DNA of 64,000 nt from Beijerinckiaceae bacterium (GTDB taxonomy: Bacteria > Pseudomonadota > Alphaproteobacteria > Rhizobiales > Beijerinckiaceae). The stretch covers positions 19,540 to 83,539 of the forward strand of contig JBFWRC010000012.1 in assembly GCA_050249115.1 (NCBI GenBank). The letters are read 5' to 3'. The notes under the pieces are model-generated. The model was not told the DNA's origin. It ran no database searches and saw only the letters and a program-made list of their open reading frames with translations. The translations under genes and the position numbers were made by a program. Positions within the stretch are counted from its first letter, which is position 1, and each line of letters starts with the position of its first letter. Positions 28,751-38,224 of the stretch are shown one piece after another.

Positions 28751-31700
28751 CTACGCGGCGGGCCGCTCCGGGAAGTAGTCCTGCAGGGCCCGCACTTCCA
28801 GATCGCCGGCCCGGTAGGCTGTGATTCCCTGCGCGGCGGCGATCGCCCCCGCAAGTGTGGTGTAGTACGGAACATTATGCAAGAGGGCGGCGCGCCGCAA
28901 CGACATGGAATCGGCCATCGCCTGCGCCCCCTCGGTCGTATTGAAAACGAGCTGGATCGTGCCGTTTTTGATCGAATCGACCACGTGCGGCCGCCCTTCG
29001 GACACTTTGTTGATGCGCTTGGCCGGAATGCCTTGCTCTTCCAGATAACGCTGCGTTCCACCTGTCGCGACCAGGGAAAAGCCGTTTCCGGCCAGCAGCC
29101 GGGCCGTCTCCAACAACCTGGGCTTGTCCGCATCGCGCACAGAGACGAACACTGTCCCGCCCACCGGCACGCTGGTCCCTCCGCCGAGCTGGCTCTTCGC
29201 GAACGCCATTTCGAAATTCCGGTCGAGCCCGATCACTTCGCCTGTCGAGCGCATCTCGGGGCCAAGAACGGTGTCGACGCCGGGGAAGCGGGCGAACGGG
29301 AACACGGCTTCCTTGACGCCAACATGCTCGAGCGGCGCCTTTTTCAGCCCGAAGGCGGCAAGCGGTTCGCCGGCCATGATGCGCGCCGCGATCTTGGCGA
29401 TCGGATATCCGATCACTTTGGCGACGAAGGGCACCGTGCGCGACGCGCGCGGATTGACCTCGAGCACATAGATGTCGCCGTCCTTCAGCGCGTATTGCAC
29501 ATTCATCAGACCGCCGACTTCGAGGGCCAGCGCCAGCTTGCGCGTCTGCTCCTCCAGCCGCGCCAGCATTTCGGGCGCCAGCGACCGGGGCGGCAGCGAA
29601 CAGGCCGAATCGCCGGAGTGAATGCCCGCCTCCTCGATATGTTCCATGATCCCGGCCACGAACGTATCCTGCCCGTCGCACAGGCAATCGACATCGACTT
29701 CGATAGCATCGGAGAGATATCGGTCGAACAGGAGCGGATTCTTGCCCAGAACCGTGTTGATCTGGCCGGTCTTGTCGTTCGGATAGCGCACCTTCACATC
29801 CGCCGGGATCAGCGAAGGCAGCGTGCCGAGCAGGTACTCCTCGAAGGACGCCATGTCGCGGATGATCGCCATGGCGCGGCCGCCAAGCACATAGGAGGGA
29901 CGCACCACCAGCGGCAGGCCCAGTTCGCCCGCCACGAGCCGCGCCTGCTCGACCGAATAGGCGATGCCGTTCTTCGGCTGTTTCAGGCCGAGCTTGTCCA
30001 GCAGTCGCTTGAAGCGGTCGCGGTCCTCGGCAAGATCGATGGAATCGACCGAAGTGCCGAGGATCGGAATGTCGGCCTGTTGCAGGCTGGTCGCCAGCTT
30101 CAACGGCGTCTGTCCGCCGAACTGGACGATCACGCCCTCCAGTGTGCCGTTGCTGCGTTCCTTGTCGAGGATTTCCAGCACATCCTCCGCCGTCAACGGC
30201 TCGAAGAACAGGCGGTCGGACGTGTCGTAATCGGTAGACACCGTCTCCGGATTGCAATTGATCATGATCGTCTCGTAGCCCGCCTCGCTCAGGGCAAAAC
30301 AGGCGTGGACGCAGCAGTAATCGAACTCGATGCCCTGGCCGATACGGTTCGGACCGCCGCCGAGGATGACAATCTTTTTTGCGTCCGAGGGCCGCGACTC
30401 GCAAACGGGCGCGCCCGCGAAGGGCTTCTCGTAAGTCGAATACATGTAAGCCGTCGGTGAGGCGAACTCCGCCGCGCAGGTGTCGATGCGTTTGAATACG
30501 GGCCGGACATCCAGCGCATGACGCGCCCTGCGCACCTCGTCCTCGGCAGCGCCGGTCAACGACGCCAGCCGCAGGTCGGAAAAACCCGCCGCCTTGAGCA
30601 TACGGAAATTGAGAGCGTCCCTGGGCAGGCCGTGAGCGCGCACCCGGTTTTCGAGCGCGACGATCTCCGCCAGCCGCTCGATGAACCAGCGTTCGATACG
30701 GCAGGCGCGGTAGATTTCCTCCACGTCCATGCCCATACGCAAGGCCTGCGCAACGACGAGCAGCCGATCAGGCGTGGGCGTACCAAGCGCAGCGCGCAAA
30801 ACGTTCATGTCGTCGCCGGCGCCAATGCCGTCGATGTCGATATCGTCGAGGCCGGACAGGCCGGTTTCCATCGACCGCAGCGCCTTTTGCAGCGATTCGG
30901 CGAATGTCCGGCCGATGGCCATGGCTTCGCCGACGGATTTCATCGCCGTCGTCAGAACCGGATCGGCGCCGGGAAACTTTTCGAAGGCGAAGCGCGGGAT
31001 TTTCGTCACCACATAGTCGATGGTCGGCTCGAACGATGCTGGCGTGGCGCCGCCCGTGATGTCGTTGGCGATTTCGTCCAGCGTGTAACCGACCGCAAGT
31101 TTCGCAGCGACCTTCGCGATCGGAAAGCCCGTCGCCTTGGAGGCCAGCGCCGAGGAGCGCGACACGCGCGGGTTCATCTCGATGACGATCATCCGGCCGT
31201 TTTCCGGGTTGATCGCGAATTGCACGTTGGATCCGCCGGTTTCGACTCCGATCTCGCGCAAAACGGCGATCGAGGCGTTGCGCATGATCTGGTATTCGCG
31301 GTCCGTCAGCGTCAGCGCCGGAGCCACGGTGATGGAATCGCCCGTATGCACGCCCATCGGATCGACGTTTTCGATGGAGCAGACGATGATGCAATTGTCC
31401 ACCCTGTCGCGAACAACTTCCATCTCGTATTCTTTCCAGCCGAGCACGCTTTCCTCGATCAGGACTTCGGTCGTCGGCGAAGCGTCGAGTCCGCGCTCGA
31501 TGATGTCGAGATAGTCCGCCCGGTTGTAGGCGATGCCGCCGCCTGTTCCGCCCAGCGTGAACGAAGGCCGGATGATTGCCGGCAACCCGACATCGTCGAT
31601 AGCCTCAAGCGCTTCCTGCAGGCCTTTGGAAATATAACGACGCTTGCGTTCCGGTTCTTTCGAAGCCCAGGCGCGCGCATGCGCCTCCAGCGCCTTCTGC

Positions 31701-32251
31701 CGTTCTGCGGGATCGGAATGCTTGGCAGCGACTTCCTCGCGCTGGCGGTTGAACTCTTCCTTGTCTGCCTTCTTCAGGTCAGAAGCGTTCGCGAGCCGCG
31801 AAGTCGGCGTATCGAGACCGATCTTCGCCATCGCATCCCGGAACAATTGCCGGTCTTCAGCCTTGTCGATGGCAGCGGCTTTCGCGCCGATCATCTCGAC
31901 GTCGAACCGTTCCAGCACGCCCATCTTTTCCAGCGACAGGGCGCAATTCAACGCTGTCTGTCCACCCATGGTCGGCAACAGGGCGAAGCCTTTCGATCGG
32001 TCGCCGCGCTCCTTCTCGATGATCTTTGCGACGACCTCCGGCGTAATCGGCTCGACATATGTCCGGTCGGCCATGTCCGGGTCGGTCATGATCGTTGCAG
32101 GATTGGAATTGACCAGGACGATCCGATATCCTTCGTCGCGTAGCGCCTTGCAGGCCTGCGTCCCGGAATAGTCGAACTCGCACGCCTGTCCGATGATGAT
32201 GGGGCCTGCGCCGATGATAAGAATTGTTTCGATGTCTGTCCGCTTGGGCAT
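28751..32251 (-). CDS. carB: Carbamoyl-phosphate synthase large subunit
   Basis: [52 protein letters not shown] and a C-terminal MGS domain. Confidence 0.99.
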   Translation of the reverse strand: MPKRTDIETILIIGAGPIIIGQACEFDYSGTQACKALRDEGYRIVLVNSNPATIMTDPDMADRTYVEPITPEVVAKIIEKERGDRSKGFALLPTMGGQTALNCALSLEKMGVLERFDVEMIGAKAAAIDKAEDRQLFRDAMAKIGLDTPTSRLANASDLKKADKEEFNRQREEVAAKHSDPAERQKALEAHARAWASKEPERKRRYISKGLQEALEAIDDVGLPAIIRPSFTLGGTGGGIAYNRADYLDIIERGLDASPTTEVLIEESVLGWKEYEMEVVRDRVDNCIIVCSIENVDPMGVHTGDSITVAPALTLTDREYQIMRNASIAVLREIGVETGGSNVQFAINPENGRMIVIEMNPRVSRSSALASKATGFPIAKVAAKLAVGYTLDEIANDITGGATPASFEPTIDYVVTKIPRFAFEKFPGADPVLTTAMKSVGEAMAIGRTFAESLQKALRSMETGLSGLDDIDIDGIGAGDDMNVLRAALGTPTPDRLLVVAQALRMGMDVEEIYRACRIERWFIERLAEIVALENRVRAHGLPRDALNFRMLKAAGFSDLRLASLTGAAEDEVRRARHALDVRPVFKRIDTCAAEFASPTAYMYSTYEKPFAGAPVCESRPSDAKKIVILGGGPNRIGQGIEFDYCCVHACFALSEAGYETIMINCNPETVSTDYDTSDRLFFEPLTAEDVLEILDKERSNGTLEGVIVQFGGQTPLKLATSLQQADIPILGTSVDSIDLAEDRDRFKRLLDKLGLKQPKNGIAYSVEQARLVAGELGLPLVVRPSYVLGGRAMAIIRDMASFEEYLLGTLPSLIPADVKVRYPNDKTGQINTVLGKNPLLFDRYLSDAIEVDVDCLCDGQDTFVAGIMEHIEEAGIHSGDSACSLPPRSLAPEMLARLEEQTRKLALALEVGGLMNVQYALKDGDIYVLEVNPRASRTVPFVAKVIGYPIAKIAARIMAGEPLAAFGLKKAPLEHVGVKEAVFPFARFPGVDTVLGPEMRSTGEVIGLDRNFEMAFAKSQLGGGTSVPVGGTVFVSVRDADKPRLLETARLLAGNGFSLVATGGTQRYLEEQGIPAKRINKVSEGRPHVVDSIKNGTIQLVFNTTEGAQAMADSMSLRRAALLHNVPYYTTLAGAIAAAQGITAYRAGDLEVRALQDYFPERPAA

Positions 32252-32717
32252 GGTCGTCCGTTTCGGTTCGCGCGCGGCCCGGCAGGACGCTGCGCGCAAA
32301 AAAAAGGCCGCTGAACTGGCCAGAAAACTCTGGCCGGAGCGCGTCCTCGCAAAAACCCTCGCCGGGATTTTCGAGCGGCAAGCCTCCGGCTCGAAAGTTG
32401 CGGATGTCTAGACGAGATTTCCCGCCATTGGAAGCCCTTCCCGCCCGGCCGGCCGGCTTTGCCGTTGACAACCCGCATTCCCGCCCCGAACCCGCCCGGA
32501 TATGGCCTTGGAGCATGAACTTGACAGCGAAAACATGGTTTTCGCCAGACAATTCCTCCGCGATTGTATGTGACATCCACTTCTGTCACCTTGGAAACAT
32601 CGCAGACTTGAGAACGCGGACACAATTCCGACAAGCATCTGGCGATGGTGGCCGCAAACGCACGCCGCAGCTTGAGGCGGACATCAGTTCGAGTGCGTAA
32701 CAGTCGAGGAGAACAGC

Positions 32718-33074
32718 ATGACCGATCAGCAACCAAGTCAGCCGCCAAATCAGCCGTCAAGCGAGCCGCTCAATCGAACGCACGATACTGCACGCGCCGC
32801 ACAGGAAAACTTCGTCCCGGGCGATCTCGTCATTCTGCGTTCCGGCGGCCCTGTGATGACTGTCGAGCGCACCAATGGCAGCCAGGTCAACTGTATCTGG
32901 TTCTCTGCCGACGAAACCCTGCGCTCGACAACCCTGCCTGCAGCCGCGCTGGAATCGGCCAACGACGCCGAACTTGGTCTGGCCGATCAGGACGGTTTCT
33001 TCGAGTTCGAGGAAGAGCACGAGGAACACGAAGAAATCGACATGCCGGAAAAGAAAAAGAAAAAGAAAAAGTAG
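32718..33074 (+). CDS. YodC/DUF2158 family protein with charged tail
   Basis: GDLVILRSGGPVMTV ... CIWF. Tail EEEHEEHEEIDMPEKKKKKKK. Confidence 0.8.
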   Translation: MTDQQPSQPPNQPSSEPLNRTHDTARAAQENFVPGDLVILRSGGPVMTVERTNGSQVNCIWFSADETLRSTTLPAAALESANDAELGLADQDGFFEFEEEHEEHEEIDMPEKKKKKKK

Positions 33075-33202
33075 GTAGCGCGAAACACATCGGAAAAAGG
33101 CCGGGATTTCCGCTTGTGCCGCTGCACACAGCGGCCCGGCCCCCAGTCTGGCATTCCTCGGGGCAAGGCAAAACGCCTTCACAACATCGAGGGAGCATAG
33201 AC

Positions 33203-34555
33203 ATGTTGAACGTTGCGAACACCGGGCGAAAGCTCACACGATCCACCCGCGCCATCCTTCTGGGCGGCGTTTTCCTTCCTGCCGGAATGCTGCTGGCATC
33301 CGGCGCAGTCATGGCCCAGAGCGGCGACGGCCAGCCGCCTGCCCCCGCTCCACAAGCCCAGGCCCAGCCAGCCGCCCCGGATGCGCAAGGCACGGAAATC
33401 TCCGACGAGTGGCGCGCCACCCTGGCAAAGTTCGGGACCTTCTCCAAGAACGAGCGCTACGGCGAAATCTGGAAGCCGAATGCCGTTCCCGCCGACTGGA
33501 AGCCCTATCCGGCCTGCTACTGGACCTACAAGAAAGACATCGGCTGGTACCTCGACGATCCCACCGAATGGGGCAAGATCGTTCATCATCACGGCCGCTG
33601 GACCCAGGACGAAGACCAGACCTGGGTATGGACAGCCGGAACCGAGTTTTCGCCCGCCTGGGTCGTCTGGGACAATTCGCAGTCGAAGGTCGGCTGGGCG
33701 CCCAAGCTGCCCGACATCGACGAAAAGGACGTCGATTTCGAAAGCTACAAGCAATCCGGCGCGTTCCAGTATCTCGAAGCCGCAAAATTCGGCATGAAAT
33801 GCGGCCCATCCATCCCGCCGGTAGCTTCGGCCCCGCCTCCGCCGCGTTTCGCTGCGCCGGCCCCGCGCGTCGCCGATATGGCGCCGCCTCCGGTTCGCGT
33901 TGCACCGATCCCTGTCGTTGGCGGTGGCGGCGGATATGTGACCGGCGGCGGCTATGCCGGCGGCGGCGGTGTCTGGACCGGCGGCGGCTGGACAGGTGGT
34001 GGAATCTGCCGCTTCAAGCCCTGGCTTCCGCGCTGCGGCCGGCCTCCGGTCAACATCTGCAAGATCAAGCCCTGGCTGAAGTTCTGCAAGGTTGCCGACC
34101 ATCGTCCGCCGTCCTGCTCGACAGGCATCCGCCCGTCCTGGTGCGCGCCGGTCTGCAAGACCAAGCCGTTCCTGCCGATGTGCAAGCATCCCGGCAAGAA
34201 GCCGGATCTGGTAAAGAAGTTCAAGCCGCACAAGATGAAGATCGCGCACATGCGTCCGCACCGTCCGGGCAAGATCCGGCCGCACGTCCGCCCGCATCGC
34301 CCGTTCGTGCAGAAACATGTCCGTCCGTTCCGGCCGCATGTCCGCCCTGGCCGCATCGTACGTCCGAACCGGGTCCTGCGTCCGAACCGGGTGTTCAGCC
34401 AGCGTCCCATGATCCGGCCGGCACGCAACTTCCAGGCCCGGCATCAGTTTCGGCCGCGCCAGAACTTCCGCCCCGCGCGTAGCTTCAACCGGCCGGTTGT
34501 GCGTCAGCGCTTCTCCGGCGGACGCGGGTTCGCAGGCGCCCGCAGGTTCCGGTAA
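33203..34555 (+). CDS. Secreted DUF6600-like protein with Cys repeats and an Arg/Pro/His-rich tail
   Basis: GAGGGAG RBS, signal peptide and YGEIWKP..WKPY..W..HHHGRW..WVW..FSPAWVVW. Confidence 0.75.
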   Translation: MLNVANTGRKLTRSTRAILLGGVFLPAGMLLASGAVMAQSGDGQPPAPAPQAQAQPAAPDAQGTEISDEWRATLAKFGTFSKNERYGEIWKPNAVPADWKPYPACYWTYKKDIGWYLDDPTEWGKIVHHHGRWTQDEDQTWVWTAGTEFSPAWVVWDNSQSKVGWAPKLPDIDEKDVDFESYKQSGAFQYLEAAKFGMKCGPSIPPVASAPPPPRFAAPAPRVADMAPPPVRVAPIPVVGGGGGYVTGGGYAGGGGVWTGGGWTGGGICRFKPWLPRCGRPPVNICKIKPWLKFCKVADHRPPSCSTGIRPSWCAPVCKTKPFLPMCKHPGKKPDLVKKFKPHKMKIAHMRPHRPGKIRPHVRPHRPFVQKHVRPFRPHVRPGRIVRPNRVLRPNRVFSQRPMIRPARNFQARHQFRPRQNFRPARSFNRPVVRQRFSGGRGFAGARRFR

Positions 34556-34575
34556 CTTTTGCCCATGAAACACCA

Positions 34576-34612
34576 GCGGCGGCGGATGGAAACATCCGCC
34601 GCCGCCTTTTTT
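34576..34612 (+). terminator. Intrinsic terminator between convergent genes
   Basis: 13-bp stem GCGGCGGCGGATG-gaaa-CATCCGCCGCCGC followed by T6. Confidence 0.85.
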
Positions 34613-34631
34613 GCATCCTCGCGTGCGGCGA

Positions 34632-35519
34632 TTATTCTGCCGCCAGCGCCCGGTCCGATCCAGCGTCCTCTTCAAGCCCGGCGAGATCCGGCAGGATCAT
34701 CTTGTAGAAAACGCATTCCTCGCTGGCGCGCACCGTAGCCTGTTCGCCCGGCGCACAATGGATGACCGTCAGTTTGCGAAACTCCTGCGTCTGCCCACCC
34801 GCCTCGACCGTGCCCGAGCCTTCGATGCACACATGCACGCTGCGTTCCGTCAGCACCGTCGATGCGCCGCCCTCCAGTTTCAGCATGCCGACTTCCGCGC
34901 GCCGCTCGGTGAACACGCCCATCGGCTTTTCCCACACGCCCGCTTCCGAACGCGACCGCGCCCAGTGGAAGTGGTCGCGATCCATCATGATCGGACCGGG
35001 ATAGCGGGGCTTGGGATAATCCAGCTTGCGGCCGCGGATATGCGACCAGATGGCCTCGTATCCGTCCATGTTGCGCTTGCCTTCGGCACCCTCGTTACGC
35101 CGGAAAATGCCGTCCTTGAACGAGCCTTCGTTTTCCAGCGCCTTCATGCCTGCCGACACTTCGTTGCGGGAAAGATAGCCACTGCCGCTGGCGCCGCCGA
35201 ACTGCAGCACGAAGGTCGTCGCATCGCCATCCTGCGTCTGCGGTCCGTAATGCGCGCCCTCGGGGAAATAGGCGACCATGCCGGGCTTCATCGTGCCGTC
35301 GCGGCCGAACTTCAGGTCGCCGTCGAGCTGGATGCGGAACTGCTCGAAATTGTGCCGGTGGCGCGGCGACAGGAAATCCTTGTCGCTGCGGCCCATGGAC
35401 AATTGAAAATTGCCGATCGAGCCCTCCTCGCCTTCCAGCAATTTGCGGAAATGGAACATGCCGCCGCGATATTCGAGACCCCGCCGCCATTCCAGCGTGT
35501 CGCCCTGTACAATCTGCAT
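34632..35519 (-). CDS. Cupin-like hypothetical protein
   Basis: PRHRHNFEQFR and FPEGAHYGPQ motifs. A second beta-rich cupin-like half at the C-terminus. Confidence 0.6.
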   Translation of the reverse strand: MQIVQGDTLEWRRGLEYRGGMFHFRKLLEGEEGSIGNFQLSMGRSDKDFLSPRHRHNFEQFRIQLDGDLKFGRDGTMKPGMVAYFPEGAHYGPQTQDGDATTFVLQFGGASGSGYLSRNEVSAGMKALENEGSFKDGIFRRNEGAEGKRNMDGYEAIWSHIRGRKLDYPKPRYPGPIMMDRDHFHWARSRSEAGVWEKPMGVFTERRAEVGMLKLEGGASTVLTERSVHVCIEGSGTVEAGGQTQEFRKLTVIHCAPGEQATVRASEECVFYKMILPDLAGLEEDAGSDRALAAE

Positions 35520-35534
35520 GATGACCTCCTGCCG

Positions 35535-36551
35535 CTATTTTACAGCGATTTCACGGAATATTTTCAGAACGTCCGGCGAAGCCGCTTCCAGCGACTGCTT
35601 TAATATCGTGCGTATTTCCTCGCCGGAAATCGCCTTGCCCCAAGGCGCGCCGATCTTGTCGGAATCCGCGCCGAACTGCTTGTCCTCGCTCATTTTCGCA
35701 AACGCTGCACGCAGCGCGTCCACCCGTTCCGGCGCAGCCTGCGGCGGAGCCACGAGCGGCATGCCCGTCGCGCTGGCATAGCCGCTGAGCGCCAGAAGCT
35801 TCTTGCCAGTATCGGAGACAAAGCGGTCCATAACCGGTATCTCTTCTTTCGACCGCAAAAGCTGAAACACCCGCACGGTTTTCTCGATAAGGTCCCGCCG
35901 CCGGGCGAAGCTGGCTTCGTTGGTGGCGACGGCGTGGACTTCGCCCTTTTCGATGGCGTTGATGATAGCGCCCGTACCGCGATAACCGCTGACGGCCTTC
36001 ATCGGATATCCTTCGCGAGCCAGTATTTTCGGGATCATGCTCGGCTGCGTGCTTGGCGTCAGGCCGCCGAAGACGATGTCCTTCTTGCTCGCCTTTACCC
36101 GTTCCGGCGTCATCAGACCGAGCGATTTCGCCAGCCAGACGAACGTGTTCACCGCGCCGGAAGACCCGATATAGGCGAACTCCAGTGGTTCGAAACGCCC
36201 GCCCTTGCCGAACAGCAGCGGAAACAGCGGCCAGTCTCTACCCGGAACCGCGACCGTCAGACCATCCTTCGGCGCTTTCGTGTAAAGCCAGTTCGCGGAC
36301 GCCACACCGCCTGCACCAGGCATGTTCTGGATCACGACGGACGGATTGCCGGCCAAAAAACGCGGCAAATGTCTGGCGATAACCCGAGCGCCCGTATCGA
36401 CCCCGCCACCGGGCGGAAAGCCGACAACCATCGTGATCGTCTTGCCCGCAAAATCCGCAGCAGCATGCGCGCTTCGATTCGGGCCCAGCACGGCCGCAGC
36501 CGCTCCGGCCAATACAGCGCGCCTTGATATTGCTCCAGTCAAGCCGGTCAT
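35535..36551 (-). CDS. TTT substrate-binding protein (Bug/TctC), Tat-like signal
   Basis: ISRRAVLAG, GFPPGGGVDTGARV, VIQNMPGAGG and APKDGLT. Confidence 0.85.
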   Translation of the reverse strand: MTGLTGAISRRAVLAGAAAAVLGPNRSAHAAADFAGKTITMVVGFPPGGGVDTGARVIARHLPRFLAGNPSVVIQNMPGAGGVASANWLYTKAPKDGLTVAVPGRDWPLFPLLFGKGGRFEPLEFAYIGSSGAVNTFVWLAKSLGLMTPERVKASKKDIVFGGLTPSTQPSMIPKILAREGYPMKAVSGYRGTGAIINAIEKGEVHAVATNEASFARRRDLIEKTVRVFQLLRSKEEIPVMDRFVSDTGKKLLALSGYASATGMPLVAPPQAAPERVDALRAAFAKMSEDKQFGADSDKIGAPWGKAISGEEIRTILKQSLEAASPDVLKIFREIAVK

Positions 36552-36785
36552 GTGCGCATTCCTCCACATTGGAAGGTTAGACAAAACCGGCACGCCTGTC
36601 ATCAAAAGGGGAATAACCGAAGCCGGGATCGCGCCTGGGACTCGTTCCGCGTGAGCCATGCGCGCATTTGACAATGGGCAGGGCCCATTTCAGGTGTTAC
36701 AGGACATACGCAAGCACAGGCTATGGAGGGGCGGCGGACCCGGTTGGGAATCCCCGCAGCATTGCATCAAATGGTGGAGGTAAAC

Positions 36786-38126
36786 ATGGAAACGACCCGG
36801 AGAATGCTTCCCGTGGCGGCGATTATGCTGGCTGCGACCGGCATGGCGGCAGCCCAGCAAAACGATGTGAAAGGCCGCGTCGTCATCGTCACATCGTTCA
36901 ACAAGCAGGTGACCGCGCCCTTTAAGGCAGCATTCGAGAAAGCCCATCCCGGGGTCACGGTCGACGTACAGAACCGCAATACCAACGCTGGCGTGAGATA
37001 CCTCGCCGAAACGAAGGCGAACAATCGCAGCGATATTTTCTGGGCCTCTGCGCCGGATGCGTTCGAGGTGCTCAAACGCGATGGCCTGCTGGAGAAATAC
37101 ACGCCGAAGGCCGAAGGCATTGCGCCGAAGATCGGCCCCTACGACATGAACGACAAGGACGGCCATTATTTCGGCTTTGCTGCGTCTGGCTACGGCATAA
37201 TGTGGAACGAGCGCTATACCCGCGCCAATCGCTTGCCTGATGCGAAGGAGTGGAGCGATCTGGCCAGGGCGCCCTATTACGACCACGTGATGATAACCGC
37301 GCCGTCCCGTTCCGGCACGACCCATCTCACCATCGAAACGATTCTCCAGGGCGAGGGCTGGGACAAGGGCTGGAACACGATCAAGGCCGTCTCCGGCAAC
37401 ATGCGGACCATAGCGGACCGCTCGTTCGGCGTTCCCGATGCGGTCAACTCCGGCCAGGTTGGATACGGCATTGTGATCGACTTCTTTGCCTTCTCCGCAA
37501 AGGCGGCGGGCTTCCCGGTCAAATTCGTCTATCCGACCGTTTCAACAGTTGTTCCGGCGAATATCGCCATCGTGAAGAACCCTCAGAACCCGGCCGGCGC
37601 GCGCGCTTTCGTCGACTTTGTTCTCTCGCCGAAAGGCCAGGAACTGCTGATGGATAAGGCCGTCTCGCGCCTTCCCGTCAACCCGGCCATCTACGCCAAA
37701 GCCCCTGCCGGATATCCGAACCCCTTCAAGGGTTCGGTCGGTCTGCCCGACTTCAAATTCGACCTGAAATTGTCCAGCAGCCGCCGCCGTCCGGTTGGCG
37801 CCCTGTTCGATCAACTGATCACCTTCAACCTGGAGCCGTTGAAGAAAGCGACCAAAGCCATTCACGGCGTTGAAGCCAAATTGGCGAAAAAGGACAATGC
37901 GGAAGCGCGCAAACTCGTCGCCGAAGCCCGAGCCCTGATTGCCGCGATGCCAGTCACCGCAGACCAGGCCCGCAGCAGCGAAATCACCGGCGCCTTCAAG
38001 GGCTCGACTTCGAAGAAAAAAGCGCCGCGGCAAGCCGAACTGGAACAGAAATGGTCGGCCTTCGCGAAGGAAAAATATGCCGCCGCCCTCGCCAAAGCCG
38101 AAGCGGCGGACAAACTCGCGAAATAA
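36786..38126 (+). CDS. ABC transporter substrate-binding protein (Fe3+/phosphonate/PgtC-like class)
   Basis: SDIFWASAPDAF, TAPSRSGTTHLTIE and GIVIDFFA. Confidence 0.85.
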   Translation: METTRRMLPVAAIMLAATGMAAAQQNDVKGRVVIVTSFNKQVTAPFKAAFEKAHPGVTVDVQNRNTNAGVRYLAETKANNRSDIFWASAPDAFEVLKRDGLLEKYTPKAEGIAPKIGPYDMNDKDGHYFGFAASGYGIMWNERYTRANRLPDAKEWSDLARAPYYDHVMITAPSRSGTTHLTIETILQGEGWDKGWNTIKAVSGNMRTIADRSFGVPDAVNSGQVGYGIVIDFFAFSAKAAGFPVKFVYPTVSTVVPANIAIVKNPQNPAGARAFVDFVLSPKGQELLMDKAVSRLPVNPAIYAKAPAGYPNPFKGSVGLPDFKFDLKLSSSRRRPVGALFDQLITFNLEPLKKATKAIHGVEAKLAKKDNAEARKLVAEARALIAAMPVTADQARSSEITGAFKGSTSKKKAPRQAELEQKWSAFAKEKYAAALAKAEAADKLAK

Positions 38127-38134
38127 CCGGCTTC

Positions 38135-38173
38135 GCGAACCGCTTCGCAGACCGGCGTCGCGGAGCGGTTCGC
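38135..38173 (+). other. Intercistronic stem-loop after the SBP gene
   Basis: GCGAACCGCTTCGC pairs with GCGGAGCGGTTCGC. Confidence 0.6.
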
Positions 38174-38224
38174 AATCGGGCTGGATTTTGAACAGGCCGG
38201 CCGGAACAGAACGTCAGATTTCAG

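Noticed and set aside
31620-31800. Charged helical insertion in CarB
   Set aside because: From memory this insertion is common in Rhizobiales CarB, so it is not novel.
33045-33074. Possible -1 frameshift at the AAG/AAA Lys run fusing DUF2158 to the downstream ORF (the -1 frame is open from 32645 to 34555)
   Set aside because: No X-XXY-YYZ heptamer (G-AAA-AAG only). The nearest hairpin (33099-33141) is about 27 nt away. The downstream gene has its own RBS and signal peptide. Long open frames are common at this GC content.
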